From assembly GCA_003693705.1 (NCBI GenBank), contig RBZT01000696.1:1-64000 (forward strand): DNA of 64,000 bases, written 5' to 3'. Source of the stretch: Polymyxa betae A26-41. Taxonomy: Eukaryota; Protista; Endomyxa: Phytomyxea. The notes beneath the pieces were generated by a model. The model made no database searches. It worked only from the letters and a program-made list of their open reading frames with translations, and was not told the DNA's origin. Shown piece after piece: positions 47,660 to 59,368 of the stretch (its first letter is position 1; each line of letters opens with the position of its first letter). The translations under genes were made by a program, and so were the position numbers.

Positions 47660-48372
47660 TCGTGACACGATGCAGTAAGTCGCGCCATACAAAATGTTCG
47701 AGTTGGCTAACTATGGATGTTAGATGTAAATAGTGTAAATTTACCCAACTGTCGGTTCTCTGATTGTAAAACGGTTTCAACCTGAATACAGTACAAAGGC
47801 GCGCTGTCATTATAATTGACCCGTCCTTGTTTATCTGATTGATTAAAATCCTGTTTTAAAAATATAAACAATTGTTTCCTAGTAGAAAAGAACGCCATCA
47901 GCTTAAATCTGTTGACATATTTCGAGTTCATTGTTCGCTTTCAATCCGCGAAATTTCGATAATTTGCAGAGCACTGAAGCGGCGTAGGACCGAACATTAG
48001 ATAACGGCAACGAATCACATCTCTCTTCACCACAGACATCCATCACGGGCGGCTTCGGCGACGCAGCCTTCCCTGGCAATCACAATAAGCGAGAAGTTTA
48101 TATAGGCGCATCGGATGATAGGATCGGGCCGGCCGACGCGATGCGCAGTGAAAATAGAGACAGACGAGAGGCTGCGTTCCGGGGGACGTTCCATCACTTT
48201 GCTTCAGAATCGGGCCCCTGTCAGGTCACGTTTCCTGCCAGAGGCCGCGTTTCCGTTACCGCTGGTCTGGCCGGCCCCACTCCCCCCGTTTCTGTCGCCC
48301 TTGGGCCCCGCTCCTCTTCAGCCCAGCCTTCACTCTTCTCTCTTCTCTCTCTCTCGTGACTAGACCGCCACG

Positions 48373-49281
48373 ATGACGGTTCCAGCCTGGCCAACGGCTG
48401 CTGCTGCATCCGCCCAGTCCTGGACGCCAGCAGAGGACCAGTACCTACTAAAGTTGCTGGCGCGTGGCGGTCCCGAAAGACGATGCGTTGGTCGGCCGCT
48501 GGCAGATCTGATGGCGGAGCGATTCGGCAGGGCTTATAATCATCAGCAGATTTGGCTGCGCCTGACGCAGATTTGCCCAGCGAACCCTACCTTGCCGCAG
48601 TCGAAACTGTCGCCGCCGCAACTCGAGACGAGTATTCCCAAGCGTATCTCAAGGTTGGAAGAGACGTCACCAACTGCGTTCAAGAAAGAGATGGATGCGA
48701 TAACGCCTGTGGATTCAAGAGAAAGAGCAGAGTCTGAACCTACGGTGAAACGAACCGCGATTCGTCCCGGGCCGCCGCCGCCTCGAGGCGGTACGAAATG
48801 GCGTCAAGAAGAAATGTCGGCTTTGATCGAATTTGTGGATACGCATGGCAAAGATTGGTCCACCATTGCTGACCTGATGACGTCACGATTCGGGACGAGA
48901 TATCGTCGGTATAGTCACTTTACAGTGGAATTCAAATGGCGCTATATGAAGCGATTACAACCTGCACAATTCGCACGCAGCAGCAAGCCAGCTACTGAAT
49001 GTTGTGAATCTGACTTTGGCATTACAAGGCAAAGATGTCATTCTGATGGGGATCTGCCATCAAAGAAGGCAAGATCGGCAACAGCACACCCGATTGCGAC
49101 CCAATGGGCAGAAGTATTGCCCTCGGTCAGGCTCGAGACCGTCGATCATTTCATGAACCGCATCTTTGCCACGAGCAACGATGATCACTTTAGTGAGTTT
49201 TTTTTACTTTTTACTCTTTCGCGTTGCTTGTTTTATCAAAGCTCCTTTCTGGATTTCGATGTTCGATCGCGCCGTGTTTGA
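48373..49281 (+). CDS. Myb/SANT-domain DNA-binding protein (two repeats); 3' end probably spliced at GTGAGT 49193
   Basis: WTPAEDQYLLKLL...IWLRL and KWRQEEMSALIEFVDTHGKDWSTIA...KWRYMK. Confidence 0.8.
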   Translation: MTVPAWPTAAAASAQSWTPAEDQYLLKLLARGGPERRCVGRPLADLMAERFGRAYNHQQIWLRLTQICPANPTLPQSKLSPPQLETSIPKRISRLEETSPTAFKKEMDAITPVDSRERAESEPTVKRTAIRPGPPPPRGGTKWRQEEMSALIEFVDTHGKDWSTIADLMTSRFGTRYRRYSHFTVEFKWRYMKRLQPAQFARSSKPATECCESDFGITRQRCHSDGDLPSKKARSATAHPIATQWAEVLPSVRLETVDHFMNRIFATSNDDHFSEFFLLFTLSRCLFYQSSFLDFDVRSRRV

Positions 49282-49923
49282 CATTCTTGTGTTTAGTAGT
49301 TGAGCACTGAGCAATCGAGGGAGAGCTTTCGGAAACATCTTCTTAAACCGCTGTGTAAGTTTTGGCCAATTCCTTCGTTACCTTCTGGGAATAACATGTG
49401 GTTTGTACAGCTACTGCTTTTAATAAGAGTTAAGAGGCGACTTGAAGTCATCATGGGAGCCGTCGAAGCATGCTGATTGTCACATAATGTACGTAATTAA
49501 ACTAATGTATATAAGCTATTTGAACGTTAAAATCTGGGTCTCTTCCACACGAAAAACTTCTGATCGTTTAGATCTCGATTCCACGATCGATGTACTTTTG
49601 AGCAGGGTCCACCACATTATGTAGCGGAACACCAAACGAAGGAAGTGTATGACACTTTCTTACCGGTCGCGAGCTTCTTCACTACGCTATGCGAGTGGCG
49701 ATTATCAGGATTGAAGCACTGCCTCTGTGATTCAGCCTTGCTGACATCTATCGACGTGGCGTCACGGCACCGAGTTCGAATCCCTTGTCGTGGCGATGGA
49801 AATCGAAGAGAGAAAGAAAAGAGAGATGAGCGCGGCCCCCCTTTTCCGTCACATTATCGTGTCAAGCTGTGTTATAACACAACATCATTGGAGATTCAAC
49901 CATGTGCTAATCCTGTCAATCCG

Positions 49924-51533
49924 ATGATGTTGTTGGCTCGACGAGCGCCTTCATTCGCTTACCGCCATTTCCGCATGGTCGGCATCGCTAGGGACGACAT
50001 TCCTAGATATGCGGTTCTGGTTGCAGGCGATGTCGCACCTCCTGGTACAGATCCGGCTGAAAAAGCCACACGCTATCGTTCGTCTCGCGTTTGCTTCTCA
50101 TTTTTGACATTATAATCGTTATTCTGAGAAAGTTCATTCCTCCTTTCAAAATTTTTCGCCAAAGTTTTGCCGTTTTCCGGTACTTTTCCTTCTCCTGCAT
50201 AATTGTAATACCGATAGAGTTTATCAGAATCGCCATTCGGCTTTTGTTTTTTAAACCCGGTTATTCCCAAACTTTCATTGCTATCCCACTGAGTCCTTTT
50301 CCTATATTTTATCGTACTATTCATCTATCTAAGCTTATCGCTGTTGGTACAGATGATTACTTCCAGCTCTATCAGAATATTCTGCGTTCGTCAAACCCGT
50401 CTGATGAGCGCTGGGACCAATTTCGCTGCTTGGATGGCGAATTTCCTGATCCATCTGAATTGGATTCTTATCGAGGATTTGTGATCAGCGGGTAGTTTCT
50501 CCCATCTACCGGTGGTGTTTTCATGCTTATGCATCAAACCGCTATTGTAGATCGCGATACGATGCCCACAGCGATGTTGGCTGGATTGTAAGATTACGCG
50601 ATTTCGTTAAAGTTATCTACGAGCGCCAGCACAGCAACTTGCTCGGAATCTGTTTCGGTCACCAACTCCTAGCACATGCTCTTGTAAGGTTGCAAATTGC
50701 ATCGCTGTATCGCTCTGATGTATCTTGTCTGATAGGGTGGCGAATCGGGCCGTGCTGCAGAATCCGGTTGGCAGGTTGGCAGTTGTAGTTATATGTACTC
50801 TTTGGCCTCTTATCGCTTTCTGTTATTGAAATCTTTCTGTTATTGAAAGCTTTCAAGATTGCATTTCAGATTTGCTTAAGACCTTTCTGCTCTCTTCTTT
50901 GCGATGATGCTGTTTTCAAACATATTGCTTTGCTTTTCATTTTGGTGCTTTAGACGGCTATTATTGCTTTTGCTGCAAGACGATGCTCTTAGAAACCCCC
51001 ATTTTTCTCCTTTTTTTCTGTTAAACACCTGGTTCTGTCCCAAGCCAGATATCGATTTGGTTGTTCACCTCATTATTGTATCTTTCTTTTGCCTAAATGG
51101 TTAATGCTGTAGCTTGGATTGCAAGAAGTCCAAACCAATGATGCCCTCCGCAAGTCATTCCCGGGTGCCCCAGAGAAATACTCCATTCTCAAGATCCATC
51201 AAGACCAGGTCGGTATCTGCTTACCAATGTAAACATTGCATGTTTTTGACAATGCAGTATTAGGTTAAGAAGCTACCTCCTGGAGCCGTTTGCCTGGCAA
51301 CTTCGACCAACTGCCGTTTCGAAATGTTTTCTATCGGCAAACGTGTGCTCTCCATCCAGGGTCATCCTGAATTCAACAATAACCTGCTATCGGGAATCGT
51401 CCAGGCTCGCGTTAAAGCCGGAACTATTTCCCCTGACGTGGGCCAAACCGCCCTCGACTCGATGCGAACTGAGCAGCCTCAGAGCGAATCTATCATCGCC
51501 GTATTGGCCCGATTTCTCAAGACTGCCCACTGA
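49924..51533 (+). CDS. Class I glutamine amidotransferase-like protein (gamma-glutamyl peptidase type), 6 exons
   Basis: GFVISGSRYDA, LLGICFGHQLLA (Cys nucleophile), HQDQV and SIQGHPEF (His-Glu). Introns: 50045-50352, 50492-50550, 50684-50735, 50775-51112, 51209-51263. Confidence 0.9.
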
Positions 51534-51803
51534 CTTTATTAGGTTATATATTACTAAACGACATCACGTTGTCTACTGTCTAATCTGCTGGCCATCCTTC
51601 GAAGTAAAGTCTCCTTTTTGCTGATACGATCTGGAGGAAGGCGTCGTGGATTGTTTGATTGTTGCCAGCGGTCACAAACAGGCACAGACCTCGGTCAGTA
51701 AGCGCCATCTTCTGTCGCTCCAGTCCATTTCAAGCATGACTCATGCTGTTCGAATCTGGGCTCCGTCGGCAATCGACCTTGAGTCACGCCGACCAACGAT
51801 TTG

Positions 51804-52580
51804 ATGACAAATGACTCCCGGTCTAACATTTATCATATGTCTTCCGATTCGATAACAGCGTTCGAAAGGTTTGGGTCACCCCCATCGATCCCCGTCGCCG
51901 ACCCGTTCGCCGACTATGCTTCTCAAATCGTGCACATCTACAAATACGAGCACCATCCCAACAAAACCATCAATCGGGTCGAATGTGCTCAACCCGCTTT
52001 CATGCTGATGAAGGATTTTGATCAGCACATGCCCGGTCAGCTATATTCAGTATTCGACTATGCTAGTCCATTGTTCAACCCATCGCCACCGCCGGTCATA
52101 CCCCGATTCGTTCACATGCCGCCGCCATTCTCGCTAAGCATGCCCACGACGCAAGAGCGTCCGCTGAAGCGTCCTAGTTCGAACAAACCCATTTCCTCGA
52201 TCTCTCGTGACTCGAAAAAGATTCGCAGTCGCCTTCCTGCTTCGTCTGTTGCCATCATGCAGAATTGGTTTATGGATCATTTAAACTGGCCGTATCCAAA
52301 CGATGACGATAAGGTTCGCTTTCTTGCAAGGCTGTTCATGGTCAATACTGATTCGCTTTGACAGACGGAAATAGCGGAGCGAGCCGGTCTTACCGTTGCT
52401 CAAGTTGTGAATTGGTTCACAAACACCAGAAAACGGTTTTGGATCCCCAACAAGGACAAGTTTATCGACGAGAATGGAAAGGTTCGTACAGATTTCAAGA
52501 CCTTCGAAGATATCCACTCAGCTGCCGCTTCGAATTCCCCCGCCTATATATCCTCGACATCGGATTCGGGCGACCTGTAG
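51804..52580 (+). CDS. TALE-class homeodomain transcription factor, 2 exons
   Basis: RSRLPASSVAIMQNWFMDHLNWPYPNDDDK|TEIAERAGLTVAQVVNWFTNTRKR, with intron 52314-52364. Confidence 0.9.
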
Positions 52581-52870
52581 ATATATTGTAGACTTGATAA
52601 AGCTTTCAGCACTTCGCCCTAACATACTCATATAAACGTCATCTGCGGCCTTTACCTGGATGATTCACCTGCAGAAGACTTCTAATCATTAAGACTTCCA
52701 TCGTCGATAGGCTTATGGGAATATTCGTTATATTCTTGAACGCGTACCTTCATGCAGGGATCAGCAAATTCCTAGTTCACTAAATGTATCTGCCAGATTT
52801 ATACTATTTTGTAAATAAAGCAGGCACGCCTACAGGTTTATTGCCGACAACGCTCTGAACGACAGATGGG

Positions 52871-53167
52871 TCAGAGACCCTTGACATCGGGATCTGCTGA
52901 CCCATATTGTTCTTGGATGTAAGTGATGGCGACCGGAACGAGCACGCTTCCTGAGAATCCAACAAGGAACATCACCAGATAGATGAGATAGAAGAACATC
53001 CGGGTTTGTGATCTTGTGGCATCGACCATGGGCGCCGTTAGATACAGTCCAGCCGAGCAGCAGAACGCAGCGACCATGACGGCTGCTATTGACAGCATCA
53101 ACGCTATCGCATGCAGACGAGAAGCGAAAACAGCCATTCTAGTTCGGTTTCGAATCTCTCTATGCAA
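52871..53167 (-). CDS. Small two-TM membrane protein, 98 aa
   Basis: Two hydrophobic segments, with AATAAA downstream of the stop on the minus strand. Confidence 0.6.
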   Translation of the reverse strand: MHREIRNRTRMAVFASRLHAIALMLSIAAVMVAAFCCSAGLYLTAPMVDATRSQTRMFFYLIYLVMFLVGFSGSVLVPVAITYIQEQYGSADPDVKGL

Positions 53168-53474
53168 GCAGGATGGCTGCTGTAAGGTTCTCGGCCGTTC
53201 GCGCCATCATATTGTGGTTCTTAAAATGTGATGCATTATGTATGGTTCATAATAGCCTTAAAAAATGTAAAATTCTGTAAACGCTCGATATATATCTAGA
53301 AAGCATGTGTATACTGTGACGTTTGAAGTTAGATTACAGAGCTGTTTGACAGCATTCATTTTACATGTTGTTTTTTATGATTTTTATATTAACAGTTTGT
53401 TGAAACATTGAATGCAATACAGATCATCCTGAGATTGACAGGATGGCGTCTCGATAAATGAACAGTGTTGAGTT

Positions 53475-55152
53475 TTACTTGGACTGCAGATTGCTCTGTT
53501 GAGGGCGATGTCCACCAATGATGCACCACAGTTTGCTCTGTTGTCGGCGATGTCCACCAGAGATGGACCGGAGTTTGCTCTGTTGTAGGCGATGTCCACC
53601 ATAGATGTAGATACCCAGTGAGAAGAATAGAAGTACAGTAGCAATGATTGCGAAAGCATTCAGTTCCTCATTGAAGAGCAAGTGGCCAAGGATGACGCAG
53701 ACGACTCGCTTCGGGCCGCCCAATGATCTGCTGAACGTTGCCGAACTGAACGAGGTCAAGCCAATGTTGGTGAACAGCATGAGAGGCGACGCCACCCACA
53801 TTCCTGCGAGCAAGCCCCAGAACATCGACCCGTTTCCTAAAGCGATGACATGCGGGTAAGTCTCGCGAATGGTGCTCCGCTCAAAGAACAGGAAGCAAGG
53901 CAGGACGATCAGCGTAGATAAGAAGCTCTGGCAGGTGTTGATTTGGCAGATGAAAGTCAGGTCGCCTTTGGACTGTTCGGTTGCGAATAGTTTCTGGGTC
54001 AGGACAGACAGGATCGAGACGAAGATCGAGCCGGAAACAGCGCAGGAAAACCCGATAACATGGTCCCAGACGCTCAGTTCAGACTTCGTGTCGCTGTTGA
54101 AGCCAATCAAGGCAAGCGCCACAGCCATCATGAAGACGGCAAGATCTATCAGGATGTCAAAACAGCGAATAGGGTAGTTCAACAAATAGAAGAAGCATTT
54201 GAAAGCAAAGAGGAACTGAAAATCAAAGCAGGTTACATTGCCATTCGTTAAACTTCTTCTTGGTCATCAACTTGCTGAGACCCACGACGAAGATCAGCGA
54301 CGTACCCCGAATGCTATAAGGAGCACTGAGCAGAAGGGTCGCCACAACGGCGAATAACATTACATGGCGTATTCGGTGGCGCTCAGCTTGCTCAGCCCAA
54401 ATGAACCTGAAATAAAGTTCAGCTTACATCATATCGAACGTTGGACAACAGTAGCGTACTGAAGATGATGTTGAGCGACTCAGGAACGGCGAGCATGGCG
54501 AATGCCTTCCACTGTCGCCATGTTGGGGCAACAATCCGACCGCGGGTGGAGATTAGCCAGAACGCGAAGGCGATTGGGAATGAACCGGATGTTGCCAGAG
54601 CGAACAAAAGCGGCGACTTGAACTCTTTGTCAGACTTCGTCTGATCTTTGATGCTCGGATCCGCTTTCATCGTCTTGAACGGTTGAGCGAACAGAGTATG
54701 ACACGACTAAGAACACGAATGTTAACGTTGTTATCAATTCAAAACCATGAATTGTTACCGACCGCTGAAGCAATACAGATGACAGACATGACGGCGATGA
54801 TGGCCAGACGAACGATACGGTTCTGGATGAGAGCCGCCTTGGATTTGGCTGACGGAGGATTGCAAGGCATTGGGGTTGGCTTGTTCACGGATTGGCTGCC
54901 AGTATCATCCAGATTAATAACAGTGCAGCATTTGCCATTGTCGGCCGAACCAAACTTGGTCATTATTGGCTGGTGGAAATGTGATAGCCAGAGGTCACAA
55001 AGACTCTGGGATCGATTCGCCGCGATTGGCGTCAGGTCGTCGTTGGAAAGGGTTTCCGCAGTCCGCAAAGTCCGTGACAGCACTCTTCCTGAACCTGAAA
55101 AGAATCTGTCCACGAGGATAACTGATGCGGTGACGCTTTCGGTCGTCTCCAT
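53475..55152 (-). CDS. DMT/EamA (SLC35-like) transporter, multi-exon
   Basis: About 10 hydrophobic segments, with GLSKLSATEYA, RGTSLIFVVGL and SATFSRSLGGPKRVVCVILGHLLFNE. Confidence 0.8.
53489..53600. repeat. 42-bp coding tandem repeat x3 in the transporter tail
   Basis: Encodes GGHRLQQSKLRSIS / GGHRRQQSKLWCII / GGHRPQQSNLQ. Confidence 0.85.
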
Positions 55153-55417
55153 GCAAAACCCAATTCGGGCTCCATCTCTCCGTGATTTTCGTCATTACAC
55201 CCAAAAGTAGCAGGATATCTCGAAATATAGTACTCTGCAGATTAGTCGCGAAGCCGACTTTCCTTTGAGAACGATGAATGAAAGCAAACCCGCTACTGCG
55301 ACATCGGCACACAGATTCTGGTATGCTAAATTTATAATAGGTTTGAATAGATAAAATATCAGACGATGGTTACATTTTGAATGCGATAATATAAATGCTA
55401 CAAACCGAATTTCATGG

Positions 55418-56516
55418 CTATAAATTCGGGTCCCAACCGGGATAGAGCGAAGCTAATAGGCCGACAAGAAACCTTTCTGTCATTTGGATCACACCTGGGA
55501 AAAACGAGAATGAGTTATTGGGTGTTTGAAAGACCTCACATGCGTACCCATGTGCTGGTGCTCTTGCTGTGTAACATGGTTTGCAGGGCTAGGCGGAGCA
55601 GCATCTGGAGGGAAATCGTTTACAGGAGCGGGTTCAGTTCGATGGACAACTTGATAGATATAGATAATAACAGCAAGGATAATAAGAACGATTCGCCTGA
55701 AATCAGAAACAGGTTTAGCATTGGAGATGTTATACTAAATCCAATAAGCCAAAACACAAGCCTATCAAATCAAGCTGATAGACGATGCTGATACAAAGCT
55801 AAAAAGAATTAAGATTCAACTAGCTCAGAAATTCATGCAGCTGTGTAAAATCAGAAAACGTACCTGGATGGGGCAGCGTCGCCGCCAAGAATCAGTATGA
55901 AGAAAGCGAGGCGACCCAAAAGGGATAAGTCTAAGTATTCTCGTATCTGTTGCCATACCCCATTCCTCGGTGGAACAGCGCCTGCATCTGCAGTGACAGT
56001 AGGCCTTCCTTGGTTGGAAACTGGAGTGCGGCTCACAGCTGGAGACGTCCTTGTTATGCCTGAAAACAAAGCCGCTTGAAGATTCGACTCCGAGACATGC
56101 GTGGTAATTTTCTAACACAACGTCATTTCAATGCAAGTCTTAACGAACAACGACAGAAAAGCTTTCCGGAAGGAGCAGAACGTTCATCATTGGGCGATGA
56201 AGGTGCGAAATGTGGGAAACAGTGACGAAATAGCTTTCCAAAAAGAAACGTTCTACAAGTAACGGCTTATAGAAAAGATGAAAAATTGTGCATTTTCTCA
56301 AAAACAAGATGCACTGACATTAGACTGCTTTGGGTCGACGAATTGCCCCAAAATTTCCCCAGATTTCAGCAAACGACCGCGATACAGAAGCGTGTTACAG
56401 GCAAGGCCATGCTCATCGCGGGCCCTGGCCAGCAGGGCAGCAACATCGACGCGCGGATCGAGTCGGAGCCGGGTGGGAGCGTGCAGCCCGAATGGGTTCT
56501 CCAGCTCGATCTCCAT
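55418..56516 (-). CDS. HERPUD-like ubiquitin-like-domain membrane protein, multi-exon
   Basis: UBL TLLYRGRLLKSGEIL, then LDLSLLGRLAFFILIL, IVLIILAVIIYIYQ and C-terminal FLVGLLASLYPGW. Confidence 0.75.
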
Positions 56517-57026
56517 CCCGGGCGGCAAATGAAGACGACGACAGCAATGTCGATGCTGTAAGGGCACTGCCCTTAACGCTTGTGACAGACTGCAGATATC
56601 ACAGACGGGAGGCCGCCCGCACAGTGATCCAGATTTTCTATCAGCTAATCGTATCTTCTCGAATTTTTTTTTTTTTTAAAAACGGCAACTCGTCTGAGCA
56701 CTGTTTAATGTTAGGACGATTCATTAGCAGCAGAAACAAACAAAGCCAATGACTGGATCATCTTATCAAGATGAAAGGGATGGCCTGATACCGCAAGCCT
56801 GCTGGATATCGTGGCTAAGCCCAATGCTTCGGGCTTCTTGGCTTCCAGATGCCTGCTGGCTGTCAAGTCACTCAGATGGAAATGACTGGCGGTGAATCAA
56901 CCGAAAGGGCCGATGCCGTAACAAATTTTTGTCTTTTCGTCTTGTAGTGATATCGTTGTGGTGTCCCACGCTTGCCTTCGTTTGCTCAGATTCGCTGCAA
57001 TCTATGGCAGATCGCTTGAAAAAAAT

Positions 57027-57099
57027 GACCGGTACGGGGAGTCGAAACCCGGCCCCCTGGAGAATATCCAGGTATACTAGCCAACTGTACTATACCGGA
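57027..57099 (-). ncRNA. tRNA-like gene (Glu/Asp-type body) with aberrant anticodon loop
   Basis: TCCGGTA TA GTAC-AGTTGGCTA-GTAT A CCTGG-ATATTCT-CCAGG GGGC CGGGT-TTCGACT-CCCCG TACCGGT C, then A and T7. Confidence 0.75.
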
Positions 57100-57278
57100 A
57101 GGGTTAGATTCAATGATGTCTCGCGGCACTTAAGTAAGCTACAAACTATGAGATTTGGGACAAACCAAGCGGATCACGTCTAAAAGAAGCTCAGGATTTT
57201 ATCAGGGATCCGACATGTAGAATCATTGTATGCAGTCTACACATGCCGCAACATGATCGCGATGGACGCAGACGCCCT

Positions 57279-58958
57279 CTAGCGTTGCAGATCCGACAGC
57301 TTTCTGATCTGTGCTGGCCCGGACTCAATCAACACCGTCATAGGAAACGATCGCTGCGACACAGGCTCGGAGCCACTTGTTGCCGCCGATCGCATGATAA
57401 ACTTCGACGCCGCCCCGGACCGCAGCGATCGCGGCGGCGTCAGAATCTGGATGGAGATGGCATCCGCCCGGCTCCGGGGCCGTACTAGCCGGGCCGGCCC
57501 CGGCGGCCCCGTGGCCAGCTTCCCCTTCGATACGGTCGTGGTAGTGTCCGGGGGGTCGCCATCCGCGGGCACTTTAATGACGGGCGGATGCCGTGCTGGC
57601 TCGCGCCCATACCAGACCGTCATGCAGGCGGCGGCGGCGGCCCCGAACACGATCAGGACGGCGAGCGGCGTGCCGACCTGGGCCCCGAAATGTGACGCGG
57701 GCGCCGATTGCAGTTTGGACGGGCGGCAGCGGTCGGGCCGGACGGCGTACTGGCCCGGGGCGCACTGGGCCAGCTCCAGGTCGACGATTTTGACGCCGAG
57801 CGGCGCCATGGAACGGTTCGGCGACGGTATCGACTGCATGCGGGCGTCGAACTGTTCGGCGATCTGTCGGGCGGAGCGGTCGCCGTCCGGGAGTAACGTA
57901 AACGTCAGGACCTGTAACGTGGCCGACTGCGGCTGGAGCGTGACGAACGGCACCCGATCGGACGAGATATTCGCGGCCCCGACGAAGAACTGGGCGAATT
58001 CCGCCAGCGATGTGTTGCGGGCCTGTACGACCAGGCTCACGTTACAGGCCTGGATCGCGATCTCGATGGGCGTGACGTATCTCGCGTCGATGCATTTGGC
58101 GACCACGGCGAGGTTCTTCCTCCAGAGCGGACAGGGGTCTCCAAGCCGCCCGATATCACCTGATACGATACACGACGGTCGGCCGAGACACTGAGCGGTA
58201 ACGTAATGCTGGGTGGCGGCCGAATGACACGCCGGATTGATCAGGAAGTTGGGATAGACGCCGAGCGGACGCCCGAACGATGCGAAGACGATCTCGGCGA
58301 TGACCGTCTCCGGGTGCTGGCATCGGATCGTCAACGGCGCCGAATCGTCGAAGATCTGTCCGCCCGACGACCACGCCGACGAGAAGCGCTGGTTCGGGAC
58401 GGAATCCTTGAAGAACTTCCGGACGTCGTCGCCGCCCAATGCATAATCCAGGGCGGCGAACGACGCCAGATAAGCGTTGCCGCCGCCAACCGTCACGAGC
58501 GTCGCGTTCGAATGCTGCATATCGCTGGAGAGCGATTTGCTGGCTGTGTGGGAACTGCCGTCCGGTAACATTAACCAGATGGTTACGTTACGGGCGCAGC
58601 CCGCCGTGATGCTGACTGCGACCAGAACCCATTCGTTCAGCGAGACGAACGCCGGCGCCGCGATCGATTCCGGCGTCGTTTGCGTGGCGACGTCCACGCT
58701 GAGCTGCGTGTCGTCGAAGAGCGTCAAAGCGACGAGGGCGCGTTTCGGCTCGGCCGACGACTCGACCACGAACAGGGTCGCCGGCGTCCAGACGGACTGC
58801 GAGGCGGCGTTAAGCCAGGTGATGAACGAGACGGACGCGGGCGGGATCTCCGTGACGATTCGCAGCGGAAACGTCGCTGTGATGGGGATGATCGGATCGC
58901 TGCTGGCGACGATGCAGAGCAGCGCCCTGCTGATGATGATCACATCGACCAGTAACAT
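57279..58958 (-). CDS. Type I membrane protein: signal peptide, LamG/ConA-like region, SUEL (Gal/rhamnose-binding) lectin domain, TM
   Basis: LNEWVLVAVSI (LamG-like). IRC...VIAEIVFASFGRPLG...CHS...CLGRPSC...GDPCP..KNLAVVAKC (SUEL). TM LAVLIVFGAAAAACMTVWY. Confidence 0.85.
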   Translation of the reverse strand: MLLVDVIIISRALLCIVASSDPIIPITATFPLRIVTEIPPASVSFITWLNAASQSVWTPATLFVVESSAEPKRALVALTLFDDTQLSVDVATQTTPESIAAPAFVSLNEWVLVAVSITAGCARNVTIWLMLPDGSSHTASKSLSSDMQHSNATLVTVGGGNAYLASFAALDYALGGDDVRKFFKDSVPNQRFSSAWSSGGQIFDDSAPLTIRCQHPETVIAEIVFASFGRPLGVYPNFLINPACHSAATQHYVTAQCLGRPSCIVSGDIGRLGDPCPLWRKNLAVVAKCIDARYVTPIEIAIQACNVSLVVQARNTSLAEFAQFFVGAANISSDRVPFVTLQPQSATLQVLTFTLLPDGDRSARQIAEQFDARMQSIPSPNRSMAPLGVKIVDLELAQCAPGQYAVRPDRCRPSKLQSAPASHFGAQVGTPLAVLIVFGAAAAACMTVWYGREPARHPPVIKVPADGDPPDTTTTVSKGKLATGPPGPARLVRPRSRADAISIQILTPPRSLRSGAASKFIMRSAATSGSEPVSQRSFPMTVLIESGPAQIRKLSDLQR

Positions 58959-59137
58959 AACATTACGTTACAGGCGCCGTGTCCACCCGAAAGGCGAGAC
59001 GATGCCTGCGCTGGGATATTTTTCTGGTCGAAATATCTTGGGTGACGCAAACCCTAACGTCGGCTCTAGATAGAGGACGTCAATCCGATGATCTTCGTTT
59101 TCAGATTCGTCGTGATTTGCAACGCTCTTTGCCGCCC

Positions 59138-59368
59138 TCAAGCTCGTAATGTCGACGATATAACCGATCTTGAATCACTGCAAAAGGCGATCTTCTCGAT
59201 CGTGTTTAGGAAGCGTCTTTTTGAAGTTGTCCAACGAACGTTTTTTGTCAATTTTGATGCTTCATGAAAAGACCATTTTTCTCGTTGCCTGTAGATTTGG
59301 TCCAAGGCGTCAAACAATCTGTCGTTGGCTTTTGTCAAGGAAAGGCCTCGGTGAGATTTTTGTTGCAA
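59138..59368 (-). other. Exon resembling a TFIIF-beta-type winged helix
   Basis: DRLFDALDQIYRQREKWSFHEASKLTK...FLNTIEKIA is similar by eye only. Upstream exons could not be joined. Confidence 0.3.

Noticed and set aside
49681-49795. GCGAGTGG...GTTCGAATCCC tRNA-like boxes
   Set aside because: No consistent cloverleaf could be folded; at most a highly degenerate tRNA or SINE relic.
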